Shown in pieces: positions 1 to 9,269 of a stretch of DNA of 64,000 nucleotides. Below the pieces are notes generated by a model. The model saw nothing but the letters and a program-made list of their open reading frames with translations. It was not told the origin of the DNA and searched no databases. A program made the translations under genes and the position numbers. The number at the start of each line of letters is the position of its first letter. Within the stretch, counting starts at the first letter, position 1. The DNA is from an uncultured Candidatus Rokubacteria bacterium (GTDB lineage: Bacteria; Methylomirabilota; Methylomirabilia; Rokubacteriales; CSP1-6): the NCBI GenBank assembly GCA_963754315.1, contig CAVWFS010000019.1, positions 768,001 to 832,000 on the forward strand. The letters run 5' to 3'.

Positions 1-773
1 ATGCGTGCTTCCGGACGAGCCTGGTGGCCACGATCGAAGCGGCCGATGTGATATGGCAAGAAGCCGCCGCCGTGCACGAGGACGACGTCGAGCGTCGTGA
101 AGCGATCGAGCGTACCCCCTAGAATGAGGCTGGCGGCGGCCAGCGTCGTCTCGAAGGGGTAGCCGACGAGATTGTGCAGATAGTGGCGACCATAGCGCTC
201 GACGGCCTCGAGCAGGAAGGGATGCAGGACGACGGGGACGGCGAGCTCGGCGGCCGCCCGCCAGAACGGGTCGAAGGCTCGATCACCAAGGTGACGACCG
301 AGCGCATTGGGATCGATCATGGCCCCGCGCAGTCCGAAGGACGTCACCGCCACCCGCAGCTCGTCGGCGGCGCGCTGCGGGTCCTGGAGCGGCACCGTGG
401 CCAGCCCCGCATGAGAGCCCCCCTTCTCGGCAAGGGAAACGGCCAGCGCCTCATTCTGCAGGCGGCTCCACGCGGCGGCCTGGGCGGGCGGGAGCGCGTA
501 GCCAGCCACGTCCATGAGCGGGCCGAAAACCGCCGTGTCGATGCCCTGGGCGTCGAGGAAGGCGAGGTGACGTTCGAGCGAGTAGAGCGCGGGCAGCAGA
601 GGGCGGGTCGGCGACTCGGTTCCAATCTGCAACCGCGGATGCTCCGCGTCGTCGAGAACACGCACGCCATAGTGGCCGGGGGAGCGGCGGACTGTCTCGA
701 TGGCACCAGGTGACAGCACGTGGATGTGCACATCGACGACCACGGCACCGACAGGGTTCGAGGCCCGACTCAT
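1..773 (-). CDS. Amidohydrolase_2 family protein (ACMSD-like metal-dependent decarboxylase/hydrolase), runs off the window start
   Basis: Not in the ORF track. Manual translation from ATG at 773: MSRASNPVGAVVVDVHIH...LATVPLQDP...VPVVLHP...HNLVGYPFETT...VHGGGFLPY, with DxHxH, LHP and HGGG motifs. Confidence 0.85.
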   Translation of the reverse strand, partial: MSRASNPVGAVVVDVHIHVLSPGAIETVRRSPGHYGVRVLDDAEHPRLQIGTESPTRPLLPALYSLERHLAFLDAQGIDTAVFGPLMDVAGYALPPAQAAAWSRLQNEALAVSLAEKGGSHAGLATVPLQDPQRAADELRVAVTSFGLRGAMIDPNALGRHLGDRAFDPFWRAAAELAVPVVLHPFLLEAVERYGRHYLHNLVGYPFETTLAAASLILGGTLDRFTTLDVVLVHGGGFLPYHIGRFDRGHQARPEAR

Positions 774-779
774 GTCACC

Positions 780-893
780 GCATTGTGCGCGGCGCTGGAC
801 GCGCCCTTCGTCACCGCCGACCAGCGTCTGACCCGCGCCCTGCGTGGAATCGGCGCCGGTAGTATCTACCTCGGTACCCTCTCCCGAGCCTGA
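780..893 (+). pseudogene. C-terminal remnant of a PIN-domain (VapC-like) protein
   Basis: Translates ALCAALDAPFVTADQRLTRAL...*, like the PIN C-terminal ALAxxLDAPLVTADxRL motif; no N-terminal part or start. Confidence 0.5.
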
Positions 894-926
894 GCGCAGT
901 CGGGCCGTTGAGGTTGGCGAGAGCCA

Positions 927-1562
927 CTATTCGAGGATCTCCACCTTGACCGGTGTGCAGCGGTAGGCGTTGCAGGGCGCCAGCGCGTCGAGGGGGCAGT
1001 TGGAGAAGCCGACGATGCAGTCCATCTCGGCACGGAACTCGATGTAGTCTCCCGGCTTCGACACCGGCGCCCCGATGACCCAGCGCCCGCGCGCGCAGTC
1101 GTGGTGGTAGTTCATGAAGAGGTCCATGGTGTCGGGGATGTCCTCGGGGAGGATCCCGTAGGGCGCGACAGCATTCGCGATGTTCTCGTGGCAGCCGTCG
1201 CGCGGACCAAGTCCATAGGACTCGTAGAGAAACCGGTTGCACATGCGGTTGTGGGTATCGTGAACCCCCTTCGGCTCCGGTGTCTCCTTGACGATCGTCA
1301 TCAGGGGGCGGCAGATCGTCGACATGAGCGTGTCGCCCTCGACGAGCTTGTCGCGCGGTACATACTCCGCCCCTGGCGTGGGGAGGTACCGCGTGCGCGA
1401 GTAAGACGTCGACAGCTTTTCGCGGGGGTTGGCGGCATTGAACACCGCCATGTCGACGACCTGCTGGCCTTCGAGATCGGTCACCCGCAGATGCTGCCCG
1501 TGGCGGATGGTCAGCGCGAATCCCTGCTTGGGCGGGATGACCTGCTCGAGCACGACACGCAT
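927..1562 (-). CDS. DUF1989 / urea carboxylase-associated family protein
   Basis: LRVTDLEGQQVVD, HDxxxxxC, GCHEN, SKPGDYIEFRAEMD, SNCP motifs. Confidence 0.85.
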   Translation of the reverse strand: MRVVLEQVIPPKQGFALTIRHGQHLRVTDLEGQQVVDMAVFNAANPREKLSTSYSRTRYLPTPGAEYVPRDKLVEGDTLMSTICRPLMTIVKETPEPKGVHDTHNRMCNRFLYESYGLGPRDGCHENIANAVAPYGILPEDIPDTMDLFMNYHHDCARGRWVIGAPVSKPGDYIEFRAEMDCIVGFSNCPLDALAPCNAYRCTPVKVEILE

Positions 1563-1578
1563 CGGACGGCGCCCGATC

Positions 1579-2379
1579 TCAGTCGAGGAGGGCTTTGCGC
1601 TGCCCGCCGTCGAGGGTGATGATCGCTCCGTTCATGAAGCTCGCGCGCTCCGAGGCCACGAACACGGCCACGTTGGCGACCTCCTCCGGCGTGCAGATGC
1701 GGCCAAGGGGGATGCTCAGCTCCGCCCGCTTCTGCGCCTCGTCGACGGGGATCCGACGGATGCGGGCGATACCCGAGATGAGCCCGTCCCAGCGCTCGGT
1801 GGCCACCGGGCCGGGGTTGATCGCGTTGATGCAGATGTTCTGACGGCCATACTGCTCGGCGAGGGCAACGGTGACGGCGAGGTCGGCGGCATTGGCTGCG
1901 CTCGGCGTCAGCTCGATGCCAATGGGCTTCACGCCGTCGTTGCCGACGATATTCACGATTCGCCCGCCGCCCTGCTTGAGCATCTGAGGAATGACGGCCT
2001 TCATGCAGCGAACGTATCCCATGAATTTGAGCTGGAGGGCTTTCTGCCAGTCCTCTTCACTGAGGTCGAGGAGCAGGCCGCCGGGCGCGGCCCCCGCATT
2101 GTTCACCAGGATATCGATGCGTCCGAAGCGCGCCACGGCGGCATCGACGATCTTCTGGACATCTGCCTGCCGCGTGAGGTCGCCGGCCACCCCGAACACA
2201 TCGCTTCCGGTTTCCTTGGCGAGCGAGGCCGCCGTCTCGTCGAGCTCGCTCTGGGTGCGCGCACAGATCGCCACCTTGGCGCCCTCGTGGGCCAGGCCTC
2301 GCGCCACGGCCTTCCCGATCCCCTTGCTGCCACCGGTAACGAGCGCCACTTTGCCCTTCAGAGCCGAGATCCATGGCAT
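1579..2379 (-). CDS. Short-chain dehydrogenase/reductase
   Basis: TGGSKGIG, NNAG, NPGPVAT, DGG motifs; start position uncertain. Confidence 0.9.
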   Translation of the reverse strand: MPWISALKGKVALVTGGSKGIGKAVARGLAHEGAKVAICARTQSELDETAASLAKETGSDVFGVAGDLTRQADVQKIVDAAVARFGRIDILVNNAGAAPGGLLLDLSEEDWQKALQLKFMGYVRCMKAVIPQMLKQGGGRIVNIVGNDGVKPIGIELTPSAANAADLAVTVALAEQYGRQNICINAINPGPVATERWDGLISGIARIRRIPVDEAQKRAELSIPLGRICTPEEVANVAVFVASERASFMNGAIITLDGGQRKALLD

Positions 2380-2409
2380 TGGCTCCTTTGTCGCTGTGGC
2401 CGCGTTGGC

Positions 2410-2438
2410 AACCTAGACAAGCGACCACCGATTGTCAA
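2410..2438 (-). promoter_or_regulatory. Putative sigma70 promoter of the SDR gene
   Basis: Minus strand TTGACA-N17-TAGGTT. Confidence 0.5.
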
Positions 2439-2447
2439 TCGTCCCTC

Positions 2448-3446
2448 TCAGCGTTGTAACAGAGGGAGCACTTCACGTCCGAACATCTCGACGGTGCGCT
2501 GCGGGTCGGCGGCGAGGCTCACGGTGAACATCAGCTGCGTCGCGCCCGCGGCGATGGCCGCGCGTGTCTGCTCAACGCAGTCTGCCGGAGTTCCGGCCAC
2601 CGCCAGGCGTCCACGCAAGTAGTCGAAGAGGCCGAGCCGCTTCACCAGGGTCGGGTCCATGGCCCGCTGCTTGGTGGTGTAGGTCGCGCGCAGCTGTCGC
2701 ATCGCCGGCACCAATTCCGGAGGAACGCCCCGCCCCGGAGGATCGGGCCCGAGGACGTAGGCCGCGACGAAGCCAAGGATGTTTCCGAGCTTCTCGAAGG
2801 CGGTTTCCCGCCGTTCGCTCACATCAAGACAGGCTACGTACCAGAGATCGATCTCGCGGATCAGTCTGCCACCCTCGCGTGCTCCCTCGTGCACGAGGGC
2901 CGCCACCCGACTGACGTGCTCGTGCTGCAACCCATGGTTCACGAACGCGCCATCGGCAGCGACCCCCACCGTGCGAAGAGCGCCCGGGCCGGACGCGGCG
3001 GCATACACCGGAATGTGTCGGCCCAGCCCGGGTAGGTGCGCGGCTTCGCCCTGCCACGACGCGGGCTCCCCGCGCAGCACCGATCGCAAGAACGTGACGC
3101 CCTCGCGCAGGGCGCTCACGCCGGATGGAGCGGCGCCGACGTTGGCGACCCCACTGTGCCCAGCGCCAACCCCAAGGATCGAGCGTCCACCCGAGACCAG
3201 ATCGACCGACGCCGCCGCCGAGGCGGTAATCGACGGGTGCCGGGTCACGAGGTTGGTCACACAGGTGGCCAGCCGGATACGCGAGGTGGCCGACGCCGCC
3301 AGGGTCATGGCCACCCACGGGTCCATGGCGTTGCCGGGCGTGTCGGCGATGCCGATCAGGTCGAAGCCGAGATCCTCGCCGAGGCGCGCCATGCGCACCG
3401 TGTACTCGGGGGTGTAGGGCCAGAAGAAGAAGCCGACCTTGGCCAC
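2448..3446 (-). CDS. LLM-class (luciferase-like) flavin-dependent oxidoreductase
   Basis: DPWV...TSRIRL..CVTN..TRHP, SGGRSILGVGAG, GTPADC. Confidence 0.9.
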   Translation of the reverse strand: MAKVGFFFWPYTPEYTVRMARLGEDLGFDLIGIADTPGNAMDPWVAMTLAASATSRIRLATCVTNLVTRHPSITASAAASVDLVSGGRSILGVGAGHSGVANVGAAPSGVSALREGVTFLRSVLRGEPASWQGEAAHLPGLGRHIPVYAAASGPGALRTVGVAADGAFVNHGLQHEHVSRVAALVHEGAREGGRLIREIDLWYVACLDVSERRETAFEKLGNILGFVAAYVLGPDPPGRGVPPELVPAMRQLRATYTTKQRAMDPTLVKRLGLFDYLRGRLAVAGTPADCVEQTRAAIAAGATQLMFTVSLAADPQRTVEMFGREVLPLLQR

Positions 3447-3448
3447 GG

Positions 3449-4684
3449 TTAAGGTTTGGCCGGCGGATAATCGCGGCTATACGCCGGTTGCTTCAGAAAC
3501 TCCGCTGGCGGATAGGTCCAGAACTGCGACACCATCGGATAGGTGTGGATCACGGTGTTCACGAGCTTGCCGCCCACCTTGTCGACCCGCAGGATATAGA
3601 CGTTCTCAGTAGGGTTGCCGTACTCGTCGAGCTTGATCGGGCCGCGTGGGTCGGGAGTGGTCTCGATGGCCCGCCGGATGGCGGTGACGAACTTCTCTCG
3701 GTCCTCGACCTGGCCTCCTAGCGATTTCGCCGCCTCCGTGACCCAGCGTCCCGAGCTGTACATGACCGCGTGAAAATAGGCTGGTGTTCGCCCGAACTTG
3801 GCCTCGGCCAGCTTCATGAAAGTCTGATTGGCAGGATTCTGAAGAGTCGGGCTCCACAGGAGAGCGCTGACCACGCCTACCGCCTCGTCGCCCATGCCCC
3901 GCAGCGCGCTTTCGTCGGTCATGACCCCGGTGCCGATGAGGGGCAGTCGGCCCTTGAGCCCGGACTCGCCGTACTGCTTGACGAAGCGCACGGCCTGTCC
4001 GGCCACGAAGACGGCGCACACAGCATCGACGTCCTTGGGGATCTGCGCCAGGTACGGCCCGAAATCGAGGGCGTTGAGGGGCACCCAGACCCTCTGCACC
4101 ACGCGGCCGCCGTTGTCCTCGAACACACGCTGAAAGCCGCCGATCTGCTCGTGCCCGAAGGGATTGTCCATCGCCACCACCGCCACCCGGCGGTACTTGA
4201 GCGTCTTCGCAGCGTAGTCGCCGAGCGGATGCATGATCTGGCTTGCCGCGAAATTCGATCGCAGGATCCACTTGGCGATCTTCCGCTTGGTGAGGTCGTC
4301 GGGACTGGTCAGGAACAGGGTCGGCAGCTGGTCGCGCTCGATCAAGGGGACCAGCCCGTAGCCGATGTGGGAGAGGAGGACCCCCGTGAGGACGTTGACC
4401 CGGTCTTGGGTCACCAGCTTGCGATACTTGGCCACCGCGGTCGTCGGGATGCCTTCCGTATCGTCATCGAACAGCTCGATCTTGCGCCCTGCCACCTGAT
4501 AATTCGTCTGTTCGAACGAGAGTTTGAGACCGTCGAGCATGTCCTTGCCGGCCTGAGCGAAGATTCCGGTGAGCGGACCGAGGAAACCCACGCGGATCGT
4601 CTCCTGAGCGGGCGCGGGGGACGTGACGAACAGCGCGAGAGGGAGCACGAACGCCAAGGGGAGCGTGAAGCGGAGCGATCTCAT
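3449..4684 (-). CDS. Branched-chain amino acid-type ABC transporter substrate-binding protein
   Basis: Signal peptide; IRVGFLGPLTGIFA, GRKIEL..DDTEG; Peripla_BP_6-like. Confidence 0.9.
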   Translation of the reverse strand: MRSLRFTLPLAFVLPLALFVTSPAPAQETIRVGFLGPLTGIFAQAGKDMLDGLKLSFEQTNYQVAGRKIELFDDDTEGIPTTAVAKYRKLVTQDRVNVLTGVLLSHIGYGLVPLIERDQLPTLFLTSPDDLTKRKIAKWILRSNFAASQIMHPLGDYAAKTLKYRRVAVVAMDNPFGHEQIGGFQRVFEDNGGRVVQRVWVPLNALDFGPYLAQIPKDVDAVCAVFVAGQAVRFVKQYGESGLKGRLPLIGTGVMTDESALRGMGDEAVGVVSALLWSPTLQNPANQTFMKLAEAKFGRTPAYFHAVMYSSGRWVTEAAKSLGGQVEDREKFVTAIRRAIETTPDPRGPIKLDEYGNPTENVYILRVDKVGGKLVNTVIHTYPMVSQFWTYPPAEFLKQPAYSRDYPPAKP

Positions 4685-4795
4685 GCGAGCCTCCTTGCTG
4701 GTGGGCGACGACCGAACGGCGCCTTACGCTACCTGCTCGCCTCGCCCAGGGTCAAGGGCGGTCCTGCTCGGGGGAAGTGTGGTATTCCTCGCGTC

Positions 4796-5638
4796 ATGAC
4801 AAATGTGGGTTTGGTTGGACTCGGGCTGCTGGGGCATGCGCTCGCCACACGCTTGCGCGCGGCGGGGCACACGGTGATCGGGTATGACGTGTTACCGGAG
4901 CGGCGAGACGCCCTGGTGGCGCTGGGGGGCGTCGCGACCTCCGCCGCGGCCGAGGTCGCGACGCGCACCGAGGCCGTCTGCATCGTGCTGCCCTCCTTGG
5001 CCGTGGTGGAAGAGGTCATCACCACCCTGGATGCGGCGCGCGTGGTGATCCAAATGAGCACGATCTCCCCAGGTCTCACGGAACGCCTCGCGCGGTTGAC
5101 CGGGGAGCGAGGGCAAGCCTTCCTCGATTGTCCAGTGAGCGGGACGGCGGGCATGGTGGCGCGCGGCGACGGCGTCATTTTCGTGGGGGGAGAACACGCG
5201 ATCTACGAGCGCTGGCGACCCATACTGGAGGCTATGTTGCCGCGGGTGGTCCATGTGGGGCAGGCGGGCCAGGCCATGACCCTCAAGCTCGTGGCCAATC
5301 TGCTCGTTGGCGTGCACAGCGCCGCCGCCGCCGAGGCTCTGGCCATGGCGCGCCGGGCCGGGCTCGATATGAGCATCGCCTTTGATGTCCTGACCTCGGG
5401 CGCGGCCGGGTCGCGAATGCTGGAAGTGCGCGGCCCAATGATGATCCGCGACGAGTTTCCGCCCCAGATGAAGCTCGACCTCTTCATGAAAGACCTTCAC
5501 CTCATCCAGGCGGCGGCCCGTGAGGTCGGCGCCGCAACTCCTCTCACTGATGTGGCTGAACGTCTGTACGCGGCAGTTCACGATCGTGGGCACGGCGGCC
5601 AAGATCTCGCCGCCGTCGTGAAGGCGTTGGATCCATGA
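4796..5638 (+). CDS. NAD(P)-dependent oxidoreductase, 3-hydroxyisobutyrate dehydrogenase family
   Basis: VGLVGLGLLG, DCPVSG, KLVAN, KDL motifs; ATG at 4796 inside ORF 3770..5638. Confidence 0.9.
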   Translation: MTNVGLVGLGLLGHALATRLRAAGHTVIGYDVLPERRDALVALGGVATSAAAEVATRTEAVCIVLPSLAVVEEVITTLDAARVVIQMSTISPGLTERLARLTGERGQAFLDCPVSGTAGMVARGDGVIFVGGEHAIYERWRPILEAMLPRVVHVGQAGQAMTLKLVANLLVGVHSAAAAEALAMARRAGLDMSIAFDVLTSGAAGSRMLEVRGPMMIRDEFPPQMKLDLFMKDLHLIQAAAREVGAATPLTDVAERLYAAVHDRGHGGQDLAAVVKALDP

Positions 5639-5997
5639 GCAAGGTGCTGGTCAAGAGCGCGTGGGGATCTGACGATCCGACCAAGGCCGCCTTCGCCTTT
5701 CTGCATGGCAACGCGCTGGCCGAAGCCGGTCACGAAGTTCAGATCTTTCTGCTCGGCGAGGCCGTCTCCTTGATGCGAGCACCAGTCGCGAACGCCGTGG
5801 TGCCCGTCGGCTGGCCGCCCTTGGCGGAGACCTTACAAACGACGGTAACGCTTGGCATTCCCATTCACGTCTGAGGCGCATGCTCCAGGGCCCGGGGGGT
5901 CCTCGAGTCAGACCTGTCAGGAAAGAACGCCGCCTTCGCCAACCCCTCGATCCTGGTAGGCCTGATCGAGTGGGCCGACAAACTCCTCACGGAGTGA
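5635..5997 (+). CDS. DsrE/DsrF-like selenoprotein, Sec80 in a UxxC motif (120 aa)
   Basis: The 79-aa ORF continues in frame past TGA 5872-5874 as ...PIHV-U-GACSRARGV...WADKLLTE*, completing the DsrE fold; SECIS-like hairpin downstream; start overlaps upstream stop (ATGA). Confidence 0.85.
5882..5908 (+). promoter_or_regulatory. Putative bacterial SECIS element
   Basis: GCTC-C-AGGGCCC-[GGG]-GGGTCCT-C-GAGT hairpin; first loop G is 20 nt after the UGA. Confidence 0.65.
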
Positions 5998-6041
5998 CGA
6001 GCGACCGTGAGCGTCGGCTCAATGACGGTGCCCCGCCTATG

Positions 6042-6470
6042 TCAGGAGCAGCAATCTCCGTCGGCCCCGCCGGCGATCTTACGGGGCTCCACCAGCTCGA
6101 GCCGGGTATCGTCGGGCCCGCGCAGGAAGGCGATGCGGCCGCCGTTCGGGTTCTGAATGGGCCCTTCGAGCAACGCCGCGCCCAGCCCCTGTAGGCGGGC
6201 GATGTCGGCCTCGATGTCCGTCGAGTCGAAGCCGAAGTGCTCGAGGCCATGGTGGGGGTTGGCGTCTCCCGGCCCCAGCTTCTCGCCGGTGCGTGCCCCC
6301 GAGATGTTCACGGCGAGGCCCCCACCTTCGCTCATGCAGCGTACGAAGCGATCGCCGAACACGCGAGTCTCGTCGTTGACGATGGTGAAGTTGAAGGCCC
6401 GCACGTACCACTCGGCGGTCTGGCGGGGGTCGGGGGATTTCAGATGGATGTGATTGATCCGGTACGGCAT
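6042..6470 (-). CDS. VOC (glyoxalase/bleomycin resistance) family protein
   Basis: INHIHLKS, GLEHFGF, FLRGPDDTRLELVE. Confidence 0.88.
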   Translation of the reverse strand: MPYRINHIHLKSPDPRQTAEWYVRAFNFTIVNDETRVFGDRFVRCMSEGGGLAVNISGARTGEKLGPGDANPHHGLEHFGFDSTDIEADIARLQGLGAALLEGPIQNPNGGRIAFLRGPDDTRLELVEPRKIAGGADGDCCS

Positions 6471-6472
6471 GG

Positions 6473-7204
6473 TCACCTCGTGATGGCAGACGACTGGATG
6501 CGCTGCACGCCGATTCCTTGCATGTCGGTCCACGCCTTGGCCAGAGAACCTCCGGCGTCGATGCCCCGGCAGGCGTCCTCGATGACAAGGGCCGCGAAGC
6601 CCGCCTTGCGCGCGTCGATGGCCGACCACGCCACGCAGAAGTCGGTGGCGAGACCGGCGACGAACACCCGTTGCAGTCCGCGTTCGCGCAAATACCCGAC
6701 GAGGCCGGTGGGCGTCTTGCTGTCGGCCTCGAAGAAGGCAGAATACGAGTCCACCCCCTTGCGATATCCCTTCCGGATGATCAGCTGGGCGTGCGGAATC
6801 CTGAGCCCCGGATGCAAGTCCGCGTCGGGTGTGCCCTGCACGCAGTGATCGGGCCATAGCACCTGGGTGCCGTAGGCGAGCTGCGCGGTCTCGAAGGGCT
6901 TCTTTCCGGGATGCGACGACGCGAAGGAGACGTGGCCAGGGGTGTGCCAGTCCTGCGTGAGGACCACGTGATCGAACATGGGGGCGAGCCGGTTGATGAC
7001 CGGCACCACCTGATCACCCTCCTTGACAGGGAGCGTTCCCCCCGGCACGAAGCAGTTCTGGACGTCCACCACCAGAAACACGTCCTGAGGGGTCAGGGTG
7101 ATTCTCGGTCCACTTTGTGCGAACGCGACCGAGGCGCGGGCGGCGAGGTCGGCCATCGCAACACCTCCGAGCACGAGCGTGAGAAATTGTCGACGAGTGG
7201 ACAT
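6473..7204 (-). CDS. pncA: Nicotinamidase/pyrazinamidase with Tat-like signal peptide
   Basis: VVDVQN, QDWH, WPDHCVQGT, RKG...DSYSAF, GLATDFCV; N-terminal STRRQFL. Confidence 0.9.
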   Translation of the reverse strand: MSTRRQFLTLVLGGVAMADLAARASVAFAQSGPRITLTPQDVFLVVDVQNCFVPGGTLPVKEGDQVVPVINRLAPMFDHVVLTQDWHTPGHVSFASSHPGKKPFETAQLAYGTQVLWPDHCVQGTPDADLHPGLRIPHAQLIIRKGYRKGVDSYSAFFEADSKTPTGLVGYLRERGLQRVFVAGLATDFCVAWSAIDARKAGFAALVIEDACRGIDAGGSLAKAWTDMQGIGVQRIQSSAITR

Positions 7205-7235
7205 CGATAGCTCCTCCTCGTGGCGCCGACAGACG

Positions 7236-8276
7236 CTAGAAGACGAACACGCCTTTGCCGGTGGTCTGGGTGTCGAAGAGGCGATAGGCTCCGACGGCAT
7301 CCTCGAGCTTGAAACGATGAGTCAAGAGCTTCTTGAGGGGCACCGTGCGCCGGGCGACGAAGCGCGCGCATTCCTCCTGTCCGGTGGCGCTGAACGTCCA
7401 CGAGGCATGGATGGTGAGCTGGCGCCGCAGCATATGCTGGCTGATGTCGAAGGTGGCGGTTCCGCCCTCCCCGACGAAGCAGACTCGTCCCCAGGTTCCC
7501 GCGCTCCGGACGGCGGCCACCCGCGCCTCGGCCTGCCCGGTGCAGTCCATCGTCGTCTCGGCACCCTCACCGCCAGTGAGATCGTGGATCGCTTTCACCG
7601 GATCGGCGTCCTTCGGGTTCACGAGCGCGTCGGCCCCGAGCTCCTTGGCCAGCGCCAGACGCTCGGGCGAGATATCGACGGCAATGACCCGCGCGCCCAT
7701 TGCCACGCCGAGCATGGTCGCGCTCAGTCCTACCGGTCCCTGACCGTACACGGCGAGCGTGTCCCGGCCGGAGACGTCCAGGCGCTTGAGAGCGCCGTAG
7801 GCCGTTCCCGTTCCGCACGAGACGGCTGCTCCCTCTTCGAAGGTCAGCTCGTCCGGCAGGGGAACCATGGTGCTGGCTGGCGCCTTCATGTACTGGGCGT
7901 GAGCACCGTGGCCGGTGACCCCGTACACCGTGATGCCGGCGCGGCAGAGCTGCGACCAACCTACACGGCAGTGGCGGCAGCGCCCGCACCCCTTGTAGTG
8001 ATGGTTCATGACCCGCTCGCCGACAGCGAGGCCGTTGACGCCTGCCCCCACCGCGCTGACCACGCCGCAGGGCTCGTGTCCGGCGATAACAGGACCGCCG
8101 GCGCCGCCAAGCCCGAGAGCAGAGGCGGCGTTGCTGGTGGCGCGGTAGGCGTGCAGATCGCTCCCGCACATCCCCGATGCTTTGATGGCGATGACGGCCT
8201 CGCCCGGCCCTGGCGCCGGATCCGGAAAATCACGAAGCTCCAAGGTGCGATTACCGAGAAAGACGACACCGCGCAT
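7236..8276 (-). CDS. Zinc-binding alcohol dehydrogenase
   Basis: GMCGSDLH, GHEPCG, CGRCRHCRVGWSQLC, GQGPVG. Confidence 0.92.
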   Translation of the reverse strand: MRGVVFLGNRTLELRDFPDPAPGPGEAVIAIKASGMCGSDLHAYRATSNAASALGLGGAGGPVIAGHEPCGVVSAVGAGVNGLAVGERVMNHHYKGCGRCRHCRVGWSQLCRAGITVYGVTGHGAHAQYMKAPASTMVPLPDELTFEEGAAVSCGTGTAYGALKRLDVSGRDTLAVYGQGPVGLSATMLGVAMGARVIAVDISPERLALAKELGADALVNPKDADPVKAIHDLTGGEGAETTMDCTGQAEARVAAVRSAGTWGRVCFVGEGGTATFDISQHMLRRQLTIHASWTFSATGQEECARFVARRTVPLKKLLTHRFKLEDAVGAYRLFDTQTTGKGVFVF

Positions 8277-8277
8277 C

Positions 8278-9240
8278 CTAGTAGCCCTTTCGCTTGTCGA
8301 TCAGTGCGAGCAGCGGCTCGCCCGTCTGCAGGCGCCGGAGATTCTCGACGAAGGTGTCGATGGCGCGCCCGGCCCGGCGCGGCGATCCCCCTGCCGTGTG
8401 GGGCGTCACGATCACGCGGGGATGGGTCCAGAAAGGGTGACTCGCGGGGAGGGGCTCGGGGTCGGTCACGTCGAGGCCAGCCCCCCAGATCAACCCCTCG
8501 TCGATCGCCTTCAACAGATCCTCGCCGTACACGATGGCGCCCCGCGTGACGTTGATGAGAATGGCGTGCCGCCGCATCTGGCGAAAGAGATCGCGGGTGA
8601 AGAGATGATGCGTTGCCTTGGTGAGAGGGAGCCCGATCACCACCACGTCCGACTCGCTCAGAAGTTGCGGGAGCCGGTCGGGTTTCCAGATGGCCTCCAC
8701 GCCGGGCTCGGGCGGTACGTCTTCGATGTCCACCGCCAGCACGCGCAGGCCGAAGCCGAGGGCGCGCCGGGCCACCGCGCGACCGGTGCCCCCGAAGCCA
8801 ACGATGCCCATGGTCTGCTCGTAGAGTTCACGCTGGGCGAGCCGGATGGATTCGCGCAGATCGAAGTCGGGCTTGCGGATGACCGTGTGCAGCCCGCGGG
8901 TGAGGGCAAGGAGCAACGCGAAGGCGTGCTCGGCCAGATGGATGCCGACCTCGCCCTTCTCGCTGGTGAGAATCACGTCACTCTCCACCAACTCTGGGGT
9001 GAGGATGGCGTCGACTCCCGCTCCCAGCGAATGGTAGTAGCGAAGACGACGGTTCAGCGCGAAGATGTCGTTGCTCACGCGCCCGAGCAAGGCCTCGGCA
9101 TCAACGATCTGCTCGCGCTGGCGGGCCGGGTCCTTGGCTTCCACGAGGGCGGCGGCGGGGCCGGCCGCTTTGAGGATTCGGGCCCGCTGTTCGTCGGTGA
9201 GAGACGGTGCGATCAGGTTGGGTGTATAGAGAATTTTCAT
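8278..9240 (-). CDS. D-2-hydroxyacid dehydrogenase family protein
   Basis: GIVGFGGTG, INVTRG, LDVTDPEPLP, TPHTAG. Confidence 0.9.
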   Translation of the reverse strand: MKILYTPNLIAPSLTDEQRARILKAAGPAAALVEAKDPARQREQIVDAEALLGRVSNDIFALNRRLRYYHSLGAGVDAILTPELVESDVILTSEKGEVGIHLAEHAFALLLALTRGLHTVIRKPDFDLRESIRLAQRELYEQTMGIVGFGGTGRAVARRALGFGLRVLAVDIEDVPPEPGVEAIWKPDRLPQLLSESDVVVIGLPLTKATHHLFTRDLFRQMRRHAILINVTRGAIVYGEDLLKAIDEGLIWGAGLDVTDPEPLPASHPFWTHPRVIVTPHTAGGSPRRAGRAIDTFVENLRRLQTGEPLLALIDKRKGY

Positions 9241-9269
9241 GGGGCGTTTAGTGTAGCAGCGGGAGGCAG

